In this document: piece by piece, positions 1 to 7,399 of the stretch
How positions within the stretch are numbered: the stretch's first letter is position 1
Layout: every line of letters begins with the position of its first letter
From: Paenibacillus macerans
GTDB taxonomy: Bacteria > Bacillota > Bacilli > Paenibacillales > Paenibacillaceae
DNA: 32,000 bases
NCBI RefSeq assembly: GCF_023715465.1
Contig: NZ_JAMBOE010000002.1
Span: forward strand, 49,104-81,103
Direction of reading: 5' to 3'
Notes under the pieces: model-generated
The model's input: the letters and a program-made list of their open reading frames with translations, nothing else
What the model was told of the DNA's origin: nothing
Database searches by the model: none
Made by a program: the position numbers and the translations under genes

Positions 1-800
1 CGTATGGTAATATTGCTGGAGTTTATGGCAGTACGAATGAAATACGTTCCATCGGCATTTCGTGAATCCTTGCGAAAATCAATCGCGTAGTCTTCCCCCT
101 TGCCTGTGCCGACAATGACGGCGCCTCCGGCCAGGTAAAAGGTCACATTGCTTTTTAACGTCAGGTTCCTGCTTTTATAGACACCGGCCGGAACAAATAC
201 AACGCCGCCGCCCGCTTGATGAGCATCATCGATCGCCCGCTGAATCGCATCCGATGCCATCCGTGCCCCCGTGTTATCCGCGTTGTATGGCGACCCCGTC
301 ACATTATAGATCCCGGCACCAGTGGACGGGGGAATATCCGTCTCCAAGGGATCTGCTGCGATGACCATCTTCTTCTTCCAGTCATTGATTTTCACGATCA
401 CATAGGTTGAGGAAGAAAGCGAAAATGTCAGCTTGTTCCCATTGACCGTACCCTTGATGTTTTTGGCCTGTGGACTGATGGAATAAGAGGTAATCGGCGC
501 ATTGGCAGTAACTTCGATCTTGACCGTGCCGGAAAAAGAAAATTGAGCGTAGTCATAGTCATCCAGATACTTAATAACAGGAATCGTTTCGTTATCCGCT
601 TTCAATGTAAACACACTGGATGCGGTATAGATGGATGGCATCGGGTAATTTTGGATCGTGGCCGGAGCACCGGCGGTCTGTGCCAAAGATGCCGAATCAG
701 CATCCATCTCGGTCGCACCAGCAGCTTGGGGTAAAAATCCTGTGATCATGACGGCAAGCACTACCAACAGACTAACTGCTTTTCTTGTAATGGTAAGCAT
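1..800 (-). CDS. Secreted parallel beta-helix glycoside hydrolase / pectate-lyase-superfamily (GH28-like) protein. Only the 5' part is present; the gene continues past the window start.
   Basis: Absent from the ORF track because it runs off the edge. My translation of the minus strand from ATG 800-798 is open for all 266 codons. The RBS GAGGAGG (809-815) lies 8 nt upstream. The N-terminus MLTITRKAVSLLVVLAVMITGFLPQAAGA looks like a signal peptide. Further in, GIYNVTGSPYNADNTGARMASDAIQRAIDDAHQAGGGVVFVPAGVYKSRNLTLKSNVTFYLAGG matches the N-terminal signature of Pectate_lyase_3/GH28-type enzymes. Confidence 0.6.
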   Translation of the reverse strand, partial: MLTITRKAVSLLVVLAVMITGFLPQAAGATEMDADSASLAQTAGAPATIQNYPMPSIYTASSVFTLKADNETIPVIKYLDDYDYAQFSFSGTVKIEVTANAPITSYSISPQAKNIKGTVNGNKLTFSLSSSTYVIVKINDWKKKMVIAADPLETDIPPSTGAGIYNVTGSPYNADNTGARMASDAIQRAIDDAHQAGGGVVFVPAGVYKSRNLTLKSNVTFYLAGGAVIVGTGKGEDYAIDFRKDSRNADGTYFIRTAINSSNITI

Positions 801-857
801 AAAAAATACCTCCTCAAGATTATTCAGCTAGCAGCCCCACTTCCTGACGATCAAGCT

Positions 858-869
858 CCCCCCCCCCCC
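858..869. repeat. C12 (G12 on the minus strand) homopolymer tract upstream of the beta-helix glycosidase start
   Basis: Twelve consecutive C read at 858-869, 58-69 nt upstream of the ATG at 800. On the minus strand the tract follows TTGACA (887-882) and sits where a -10 element would be. Confidence 0.9.
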
Positions 870-911
870 ATTAAAATTTTCACTGTCAAGATGGATTATA
901 ATCCCTGCCCC

Positions 912-938
912 AAAAAAAGGAGTGGGGCAAGCCCACTC
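912..938 (-). terminator. Rho-independent terminator (minus strand)
   Basis: The minus-strand RNA reads GAGUGGG-cuugc-CCCACUC followed by CUUUUUUU (7 U, from plus A912-918). The stem is 7 bp and GC-rich. Confidence 0.65.
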
Positions 939-959
939 TTCAGGGATACATTTTAACTG

Positions 960-988
960 TTGACAAATGAGGGATAAACCTTTAAAGT
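960..988 (+). promoter_or_regulatory. Putative sigmaA promoter of the siderophore-uptake operon
   Basis: TTGACA (960-965), a 17-nt spacer, then TAAAGT (983-988). The Fur box lies about 20 nt downstream. Confidence 0.45.
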
Positions 989-1006
989 TTTCTCAGCGGT
1001 CTTTTA

Positions 1007-1035
1007 ATGATAATGATTATCAATATCACAATCAA
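1007..1035 (-). promoter_or_regulatory. Putative sigmaA promoter (minus strand) for the candidate sRNA
   Basis: TTGATT (1035-1030), a 17-nt spacer, then TATCAT (1012-1007). The Fur box covers the spacer and the -10 element. Confidence 0.4.
1008..1022. promoter_or_regulatory. Fur box
   Basis: TGATAATGATTATCA is an exact match to the Bacillus 7-1-7 Fur consensus TGATAATnATTATCA. It lies 40 nt upstream of the binding-protein start. Confidence 0.85.
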
Positions 1036-1061
1036 TGTAGTTGAAAGGGAGAATACTAGAA

Positions 1062-2009
1062 ATGAAGAAATTGTTGTTACCTCTGTTTGTCCTTACCATC
1101 CTGGTTATAAGCGCCTGCGGCAACCATGCAAACAATAACTCCGGCACAACCAGCAAGGCTCAGGAAGCTAGCGCAAGCGGTAATACCAGCAGCTCCGATA
1201 CCATTACTTATCAATCCGAAAGCGGACCGATTGAGGTCCCTGCAAACCCTCAGCGTGTTGTAGTCCTTTCCGGATATGCAGGCAACTTGCTGGCACTTGA
1301 TATCCCCCTTGTTGGTGTGGATGCCTGGACCAAAGCAAATCCTAAATTCCAGGATCAATTGAAGAATGTCGCCGAAGTGTCCGATGAGAATGTTGAAAGC
1401 ATCCTGAACCTTAAACCCGACTTGATCATCGCCATGTCAGATGTCAAGAACGCGAATAAGCTGGGGCAAATCGCTCCGCTGGTTACCTATACATACAACA
1501 AGGTGGACTATCTGACTCAGATTCTGGAGATCGGCAAAGCCGTTAACCAAGAACAGAAAGCAGCTGACTGGATTGCCGATTTCAAGAAACGTGCCCAAAC
1601 AGCAGGTGAAGAAATCAAAGCTAAAATCGGTGCTGACAGTACAATATCCGTTTTAGAAGGAGATTCCAAGAATCTGTATACCTTCGGTAGCGGCTGGGGA
1701 CGCGGTACGGAAATCATCTATCAGGCCATGGGGCTGAAAATGCCGGATAAGGTTAAAGAAATGACGGCAAAAGACGGTTATTACAATTTGTCATTAGAAA
1801 TCCTGCCGGATTATATGGGGGATTATGTCATCTATAGTAAAGAATCCGCTGGTGATGCCTCCTTCCAGGAGACTTCAACTTACCAGGAGATCCCGGCCGT
1901 TAAAAATAACCATGTCTATGAAGTAGACGCCTCAACGTTCTATTTTAACGATGCGCTTTCTCTTGACTATCAGCTTGATTTTATTTCCAAGTCGTTGCTA
2001 GGGAAATAA
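1062..2009 (+). CDS. Iron-siderophore ABC transporter substrate-binding lipoprotein (FeuA/FhuD-like, cluster A-2 SBP)
   Basis: ORF-track frame 1041..2009. I prefer the ATG at 1062, which has the RBS AAAGGGAGA upstream. MKKLLLPLFVLTILVISACGN carries a lipobox (ISAC). The body resembles Fe3+-siderophore periplasmic-binding-protein folds. A Fur box lies upstream. Confidence 0.85.
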   Translation: MKKLLLPLFVLTILVISACGNHANNNSGTTSKAQEASASGNTSSSDTITYQSESGPIEVPANPQRVVVLSGYAGNLLALDIPLVGVDAWTKANPKFQDQLKNVAEVSDENVESILNLKPDLIIAMSDVKNANKLGQIAPLVTYTYNKVDYLTQILEIGKAVNQEQKAADWIADFKKRAQTAGEEIKAKIGADSTISVLEGDSKNLYTFGSGWGRGTEIIYQAMGLKMPDKVKEMTAKDGYYNLSLEILPDYMGDYVIYSKESAGDASFQETSTYQEIPAVKNNHVYEVDASTFYFNDALSLDYQLDFISKSLLGK

Positions 2010-2016
2010 GGAATGG

Positions 2017-3048
2017 ATGATCGAAATGAAGAAACAGTCTTCGCAAAAGTTGATAAACGGTTCTTTTGCGCTTAAGCTGCTTGTCAGCTTGGTTGTGTTT
2101 GTTGTCATGTTCGCACTAGCGATCAGGCTTGGCGCCAAAAATGTTTCCCTCTCCGACATTTGGAGTGCCATGTTTAACCCGCTTTTGACAGGTGGTGATA
2201 TATCCATCATCCGCGAGTTCCGTTTACCTCGGGAAGTCGGCGGTGTTCTGGTAGGGGCTGCACTTGCGGTTGCCGGGGCGATTATGCAGGTTCTAACCCG
2301 AAACCCGCTCGCCGACCCCGGACTACTCGGTCTGACTGCCGGGGCAAATGCCGCACTAGCGGTTACTTTTGCTTTTATACCTGCCGTCGGTTATTTCGGA
2401 ACGATGATTGCCTGTTTTATCGGTGCAACTGTTGGCTTTATGCTTGTATTCGGCATTGCTGCTCTGCGGAAACAAAACATGTCTCCCCTGCATATGGTGC
2501 TAGCCGGTTCTGCAGTATCGGCTCTGCTGACGGCAGTGGCCGAAGGAATCAGCCTTCAATTTAAGCTCTCCAAAAATGTATCGATGTGGACGTCCGGCGG
2601 ACTGATCGGCACAACCTGGGGACAAATTGCAGCGATAGCCCCGGTTATTATCATTTGCCTCGTCTTTTCTATTCTGCTGTCCCGGCAGCTGACGATCCTT
2701 AGCCTGAACGAAGGAACAGCCGTGGGTCTTGGGCTGAAGATCACTCATGTCAAGATTGCGCTTTACGTGTTGATCACACTTTTGGCAGGCGCCGCGGTTG
2801 CCCTTGTTGGTAACATTGCGTTCATCGGCCTGATGATTCCGCATCTCGTGCGGGCGTTTGCCGGGACCGATTACCGTACCATTCTGCCTCTGTCCGCGAT
2901 CGTTGGCGGTAGTTTCATGTTGTTCGCAGACACGCTCGGGCGGATGATTAACGTCCCGTTTGAAACGCCGGTTGCAGCAATCGTGGCCGTGCTGGGCTTG
3001 CCATTCTTCCTGTTCATTGTCCGCAAAGGAGTGCGATCCTTCTCATGA
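2017..3048 (+). CDS. Iron-siderophore ABC transporter permease (FecCD family, FeuB/FhuB-like)
   Basis: 343 aa and polytopic. It carries FecCD motifs (REFRLPR, NPLADPGLLG, GNIAFIGLMIPH). Confidence 0.9.
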   Translation: MIEMKKQSSQKLINGSFALKLLVSLVVFVVMFALAIRLGAKNVSLSDIWSAMFNPLLTGGDISIIREFRLPREVGGVLVGAALAVAGAIMQVLTRNPLADPGLLGLTAGANAALAVTFAFIPAVGYFGTMIACFIGATVGFMLVFGIAALRKQNMSPLHMVLAGSAVSALLTAVAEGISLQFKLSKNVSMWTSGGLIGTTWGQIAAIAPVIIICLVFSILLSRQLTILSLNEGTAVGLGLKITHVKIALYVLITLLAGAAVALVGNIAFIGLMIPHLVRAFAGTDYRTILPLSAIVGGSFMLFADTLGRMINVPFETPVAAIVAVLGLPFFLFIVRKGVRSFS

Positions 3049-4058
3049 AAACATCCCGTCTTTATCATAAACAACCGCTTGTCATTTCTCTCCTCGTGCT
3101 TCTTATTCTGGGCACCATCGTAACCGGTATTGGTATCGGAGCTTCCCCTGTATCGTATGGCAGGCTGATTCCGACAATCCTTGGGCACGGAACATTCGAA
3201 GATCATTTTGTGCTCTTCTCCATCCGCCTGCCCCGGATACTAATCACGCTGCTGGCGGGTATGGCGCTTGCGTTATCCGGTTCGATTCTGCAGGGAATCA
3301 CCCGCAATGAGCTGGCAGACCCGGGAATCGTAGGCATTAATTCCGGAGCCGGCGTCGGAGTTACCGTATTTTTCATCTTTGCGCCAATTGATGTCGCATC
3401 CTTCGTGTACATGATTCCGCTTATGGCATTCGCCGGGGCTCTAGTAACGGCCGTACTGATCTATGCATTCTCATACACCCGTAGCAGCGGGGTGCAGCCG
3501 ATCAGGCTGATTATCACCGGAGTCGGTTTCTCCATGGCCCTCTCCGGCATGATGATCGTGCTCATCTCTTCCGTTGACCGAACCAAAGTGGATTTTATCT
3601 CCAAATGGCTTGCCGGCAACGTATGGGGAACAGACTGGCCTTTCACCCTGGCCTTACTTCCTTGGCTGCTCATTCTGGTCCCCTATGTGCTATTCAAATC
3701 CAGTGCGCTGAATTTGCTTGCATTAAATGAGCACAGCGCTATCGGTGCCGGCATGGCGGTCCAAAGAGACCGTATCTTTCTTATGCTGGCGGCGGTAGCG
3801 CTGGCGGCCTCGGCCGTTTCCATGACCGGCGGCATCGCGTTTATCGGCCTGATGGCTCCGCATATTGCCAGAGCTTTGGTTGGAGCACGGCATCAGCAAT
3901 TTGTGCCGGTGTCCATTCTAATCGGAGGCTGGCTGCTGCTTCTGGCAGATACGATTGGCCGCAACTTAACTCAGCCGGACGGTACCGCAGCCGGAATCAT
4001 GGTGGCGTTTATCGGGGCTCCCTATTTCCTTTATCTTTTGTCAAAAAAAGCATGGTAG
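3045..4058 (+). CDS. Iron-siderophore ABC transporter permease (FecCD family, FeuC/FhuG-like)
   Basis: 337 aa. Its start overlaps the previous gene by 4 nt (ATGA), suggesting translational coupling. Motifs: IRLPRIL, NELADPGIVG, GGIAFIGLMAPH. Confidence 0.9.
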   Translation: MKTSRLYHKQPLVISLLVLLILGTIVTGIGIGASPVSYGRLIPTILGHGTFEDHFVLFSIRLPRILITLLAGMALALSGSILQGITRNELADPGIVGINSGAGVGVTVFFIFAPIDVASFVYMIPLMAFAGALVTAVLIYAFSYTRSSGVQPIRLIITGVGFSMALSGMMIVLISSVDRTKVDFISKWLAGNVWGTDWPFTLALLPWLLILVPYVLFKSSALNLLALNEHSAIGAGMAVQRDRIFLMLAAVALAASAVSMTGGIAFIGLMAPHIARALVGARHQQFVPVSILIGGWLLLLADTIGRNLTQPDGTAAGIMVAFIGAPYFLYLLSKKAW

Positions 4059-4129
4059 GCGGATCTTCCCGCTAGCTGGAGGCCCAGCCGGGTTAACAAG
4101 GATGGAACGCGGGTCTTGAAGCCGCTTGG

Positions 4130-4218
4130 AAGAGGGGGAAATCCTCACGAGATGTAAAAGTGCAGGCGGTTTTTGTCGAAACTCCTCTAAACTGGTGGTT
4201 CAGATGTAAAAGCGGCTA
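4130..4218. repeat. Intergenic repeat units (GAGATGTA / AAAGTGCAG / CTCTAAAyTGGTG type), left of the IS
   Basis: gagatgtaaaagtgcagg...ctctaaactggtggttcagatgtaaaagcgg shares its motifs with 5619-5750 on the other side of the IS. Confidence 0.45.
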
Positions 4219-4288
4219 GGCCCCCTAATTCCGGAGTCTACACCGTCAAAATAATGTGTGTCGTACGATTGCTTACTTTTTCAACAAA

Positions 4289-5185
4289 TTACAGCGTTCT
4301 ATGGAATTTGGCTTGTTCTTCTTCCTTCAGTTGCTTGACCCATTCACTGAACACAGTGGGCGCTTTGCGTTTCAAGCTCCCATGCATTCTGCGGTTGTTG
4401 TAGAAGTCCATATACCAGTCAATAGCCGCATACGCGTCTTCCATGGTCTCAAACGATTCTTTGGTGAGTAGGTCGCGTTCCATCGAGCTGTGGAACGACT
4501 CGATGTACGCATTCATGTTTGGTGTCTTTGGCGGGATCCGTTCATGGAGCACCTCCCAGCTTTCACAAGTATCGCCAAACAGCACACTCAGGAATTGAGG
4601 GCCGTTGTCCGTGCGGATCACGGGCATGGTCTCTCCGGGTTGCAATCGGCTCTCGATGGCCCGCCCCAAGGCCTGACAGATATGCGTCGCTTCGCAAACA
4701 GAGCCTCTGTAATAGGCGACGATGACGCGATCGAACACATCGATGATGCTAAAGACGAAAAAGAAACGATCGCGGCCGGGAACATACCCGTACTTGATGT
4801 CCGCCTGCCATAATTGGTTCGGGCCGGTGACCAGACGGTTTCTAGCCAGTCTTCGTGGATGCTTGGACTTGGGCTTTCTCCGCTTCTGAAGAATGCCTAG
4901 CTCTTTACAGAGGCGGTAGGCCTTTGACTTTCCTAGAACCAGGTCGTATTTGTCGCGTAAACACTGAGCCAACAGCTTGTAGCCGTAGATGTGCTCTTCG
5001 CCTTCTAGGAGCTCAAGTAGCCACTCTTTGATCTGCTCGTCGCTGACTTTACGACCTTGCAGCGTCAAGGAGTACCCTGGACAAGGGCGGCCTCTTCCCG
5101 GGCTGTTAGAAGTCTCTGTAGACCGTTTCGTGCGTTTGAGGCGCTCGTAGTAGGTGGATTCTGCCAGACCTAATATACGCAGCAC
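4289..5185 (-). CDS. IS3-family transposase OrfB (DDE integrase core), normally made as an OrfAB fusion by a -1 frameshift
   Basis: 298-aa ORF with an rve-type catalytic core. After a -1 slip at 5263-5257 the frame stays open upstream and reads KKEEPCLSEKFEIADRFIKQGNTAALVLRILGLAESTYY. Confidence 0.9.
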   Translation of the reverse strand: MLRILGLAESTYYERLKRTKRSTETSNSPGRGRPCPGYSLTLQGRKVSDEQIKEWLLELLEGEEHIYGYKLLAQCLRDKYDLVLGKSKAYRLCKELGILQKRRKPKSKHPRRLARNRLVTGPNQLWQADIKYGYVPGRDRFFFVFSIIDVFDRVIVAYYRGSVCEATHICQALGRAIESRLQPGETMPVIRTDNGPQFLSVLFGDTCESWEVLHERIPPKTPNMNAYIESFHSSMERDLLTKESFETMEDAYAAIDWYMDFYNNRRMHGSLKRKAPTVFSEWVKQLKEEEQAKFHRTL

Positions 5186-5223
5186 AAGAGCTGCGGTGTT
5201 CCCCTGCTTAATAAAGCGGTCGG

Positions 5224-5550
5224 CTATTTCAAATTTTTCAGATAAGCAGGGTTCTTCTTTTTTAGGAGTTCTCGCAGGATCTCGATTTCGAGTTCCTTTT
5301 CACCCAGCACCTTCATCGCCTTTTCGTATTTCACTTCCACGTCCTGAAGCCGCTTGAGCTCTTGAAGATGATGGTCCGCCGGTGGTAGTTCGTGGATATC
5401 CACTTCATCCCGATACGTTCGAATCCAGTTGCGAATCGTTTCCGGGTGGAGGTTATACTTCCGGGCCAGCACCCCCACCTTGATCCCCGACATAGCTTCA
5501 CGCACTACTTCGATACGCACTTCCTCGTATAGCTTACTTGATCGTCGCAT
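5224..5550 (-). CDS. IS3-family transposase OrfA (HTH)
   Basis: 108 aa. It has an N-terminal HTH (GIKVGVLARKYNLHPETIRNWI) and a leucine-zipper-like C-terminus. The RBS AAGGGAGGA is upstream. Confidence 0.9.
   Translation of the reverse strand: MRRSSKLYEEVRIEVVREAMSGIKVGVLARKYNLHPETIRNWIRTYRDEVDIHELPPADHHLQELKRLQDVEVKYEKAMKVLGEKELEIEILRELLKKKNPAYLKNLK
5257..5263 (-). other. Programmed -1 ribosomal frameshift heptamer A AAA AAG
   Basis: orfA reads CTA AAA AAG on the minus strand. This is the canonical IS3-family slippery site, lying 30 nt before the orfA stop. Confidence 0.8.
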
Positions 5551-5618
5551 ACTGTTCGTCCTCCCTTAGAAATACAATAATATATTGTAGGGCAGGACTC
5601 CAATTCAATTAGGGGGCC

Positions 5619-5750
5619 GTGGGGAAAGTGCAGTTCATTTCCGGTCAAAAGCTACTTTTTTATCGTATAGTCCTTAATGAGATGTATTTTTGCATTTCAA
5701 CCGCTCTAAATTGGTGATTTATGGAAAATTAGAGTGCACTTTTGCAGTTG
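5619..5750. repeat. Intergenic repeat units, right of the IS
   Basis: ggaaagtgcagttcatttcc..., gagatgtatttttgcatttc, ctctaaattggtgattt and agagtgcacttttgcag carry the same motif family as 4130-4218. A shared GCTGGAGGC occurs at 4078-4086 and 5761-5769. Confidence 0.45.
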
Positions 5751-5777
5751 ATCCCAGCGGCTGGAGGCTTTCCCCAA

Positions 5778-6413
5778 TTACGTATCGCTTTGTACGGTAG
5801 ATAGTGAAACAAGAACCGGTCCGGCGAAATCGGAAGCGTCCTCGCCTTTCGGATTATGAAGGCGGAACAGAAAAGCGTTCCCTAGTTCTGAAGTCCACAC
5901 CATATAATCGCTTATGCCTTCCGCTCCGGAAGCTTGAAGGTAAAGTTCCGCGGATCCAAGCGGATGTTCAACCAACTCGCCGCTATAATCGGACACCTCT
6001 CCGACTTGACTCAACTCTTCCTTGCCCGCAGCTTCAAGCTGGGCCAAATCATAATCGGAAGGCAGCGGTTCAATATCCACATAATAATCCGGATTGCTGC
6101 TTAACGATAAGCGGCCCGCAGCTGCATCAAATGCAAATTTCTCAAAGACATACAAGGAAAATCCTTCCCCCTGATGCAGGACCGCCTCCAGTGACTGATT
6201 TCCCTCAGCAGTCAATAAATCAAAGCTCTCGGTTTCTGGACGAGTTGCTTCTACGACTGGCTCCTGCTCGGACGAAGGAGGTGAAGCCGATTCAGCTTCC
6301 GGGGCTGCTGCTTCCGGGGGAGCAGAAGGCTCTGTTTCTCCTGTACAAGCGGAAAGTATGAAAACCAAGACGACAATCGGAATGCTTATCCAAAAGGGAT
6401 ACCGATTCTTCAA
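5778..6413 (-). CDS. Lipoprotein of unknown function (acidic, Pro/Glu/Ala-rich linker)
   Basis: 211 aa, with a TTG start at 6413 and the RBS GAAAGGAG. MKNRYPFWISIPIVVLVFILSACTG carries a lipobox (LSAC). I recognised no domain. Confidence 0.7.
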   Translation of the reverse strand: MKNRYPFWISIPIVVLVFILSACTGETEPSAPPEAAAPEAESASPPSSEQEPVVEATRPETESFDLLTAEGNQSLEAVLHQGEGFSLYVFEKFAFDAAAGRLSLSSNPDYYVDIEPLPSDYDLAQLEAAGKEELSQVGEVSDYSGELVEHPLGSAELYLQASGAEGISDYMVWTSELGNAFLFRLHNPKGEDASDFAGPVLVSLSTVQSDT

Positions 6414-6599
6414 TATGAACGCTCCTTTCGACCTTGACCCTACGGGTATGGTATTCGATGTGTACAGTAAATTAACGATCCACCACTTCCTTATGTTGCA
6501 ACGATATGTTGCTACCCATTATGAAAATGATGCAAACATGTACACAAAGCCCCCTTTATTGGTCCGGGCTATCCGCCTGGAACTATTCGGCTTAGAGTA

Positions 6600-6643
6600 A
6601 GAAAAAACGCTAAGCCGGCCACATCCGAAGGCTTAGCGTTTTG
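6600..6643 (-). terminator. Rho-independent terminator after the ABC-2 permease (bidirectional shape)
   Basis: Stem AACGCTAAGCC (6606-6616) pairs with GGCTTAGCGTT (6630-6640). An A-run flanks the left side and TTTT the right. Confidence 0.75.
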
Positions 6644-6649
6644 GTGTAT

Positions 6650-7399
6650 TTACCCTAATTGGCGTTTAAAAGCTTTACTGGCGAAGAAGTACGCGATGAG
6701 CATGATTCCGACACACCAGACAAGCGCGATCCAGATATCGTTGCCAACAGACCCTTCATACAAGAGGGCGCGAATCGCATTCACGATTGAAGTCAGGGGC
6801 TGGTTCTCCGCGAACGCCCGGACAACCTTCGGCATGGTTTCGGTGGGGACAAAAGCCGAACTGATAAACGGCAGGAAAATCAGCGGGTACGAGTAAGCGG
6901 TCGCCCCTTCCATAGACCCCGCTGTCAATCCGGGAATGACCGCCAGCCATGTCAGCGCCAGCATAAACAGCCCGAGGATCCCAGCTACCGCGAGCCAATC
7001 CAGGATATTAGCGCTGGAACGGAAGCCCATCAAGAGTGCGACGAGGATAACCACCACAACAGTAAGTGTATTGGAAACAAGCGAGGTCAACACGTGAGCC
7101 CACAATACCGACGAGCGCTTGATCGGCATGGTGATGAAACGCGACATCAGCCCGCTCTTTACATCCGTAAACAGCCGTACAGAAGTGTAAGCGACGCCGG
7201 ATGCGATAGCCATCAGCAGGATTCCCGGCAATAAATAATTGACGTAGTTGTCCGTGCCTGTCTCTATGGCGCCGCCAAAAACGTAAACAAACAGCAGCAT
7301 CATCATAATCGGCGTAATCGCCACCGTGATTATCGTATCCGGGCTGCGCATGATATTGCGCATTAAACGCCCAAGCAATACCCCTGTTTTGCTTTTCAT
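6650..7399 (-). CDS. ABC-2 type exporter permease (DrrB-like)
   Basis: 249 aa with six predicted TM segments. Its start abuts the ATPase stop (7399/7400). Confidence 0.85.
   Translation of the reverse strand: MKSKTGVLLGRLMRNIMRSPDTIITVAITPIMMMLLFVYVFGGAIETGTDNYVNYLLPGILLMAIASGVAYTSVRLFTDVKSGLMSRFITMPIKRSSVLWAHVLTSLVSNTLTVVVVILVALLMGFRSSANILDWLAVAGILGLFMLALTWLAVIPGLTAGSMEGATAYSYPLIFLPFISSAFVPTETMPKVVRAFAENQPLTSIVNAIRALLYEGSVGNDIWIALVWCVGIMLIAYFFASKAFKRQLG

Larger units (their letters stand above)
912..1001 (-). ncRNA. Candidate Fur-repressed small RNA (~90 nt, FsrA/RyhB-like logic)
   Basis: The transcript would run from the minus-strand promoter TTGATT-17-TATCAT (1035-1007), which the Fur box overlaps, to the terminator at 938-912. 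There is no ORF or RBS in between. It contains C-rich stretches AUCCCUCAU, AUCCCUGAA and GCCCCACUCC, which are anti-Shine-Dalgarno-like. Confidence 0.4.
4219..5618 (-). mobile_element. IS3-family insertion sequence (1400 bp), apparently intact
   Basis: The terminal inverted repeats are GGCCCCCTAATTccGGAGTC (4219->) and, as the reverse complement of the right end, GGCCCCCTAATTgaattGGAGTC (5618<-). orfA and orfB lie in the 0/-1 frames with a slippery heptamer. The DDE triad context is visible (WQADIKY, IRTDNGPQF, YIESFHS). Confidence 0.9.

Noticed and set aside
216-734. Plus-strand ORFs 216-410 and 543-734
   Set aside because: Both lie antisense within the continuous minus-strand beta-helix glycosidase frame (1-800), which has a signal peptide, an RBS and family motifs.
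4059-4218. The idea that the IS insertion destroyed or displaced the ATPase gene of the siderophore ABC transporter
   Set aside because: No ATPase-like remnant (Walker A/B or signature) is visible in any frame of the flanks. B. subtilis feuABC likewise lacks a linked ATPase and uses one encoded elsewhere (YusV). The absence therefore needs no special explanation.
6358-6600. 80-aa plus-strand ORF in the spacer upstream of the lipoprotein gene
   Set aside because: It has no RBS, it begins inside the lipoprotein coding region on the opposite strand, and its sequence looks random. The spacer is better explained as the lipoprotein promoter plus the ABC terminator.
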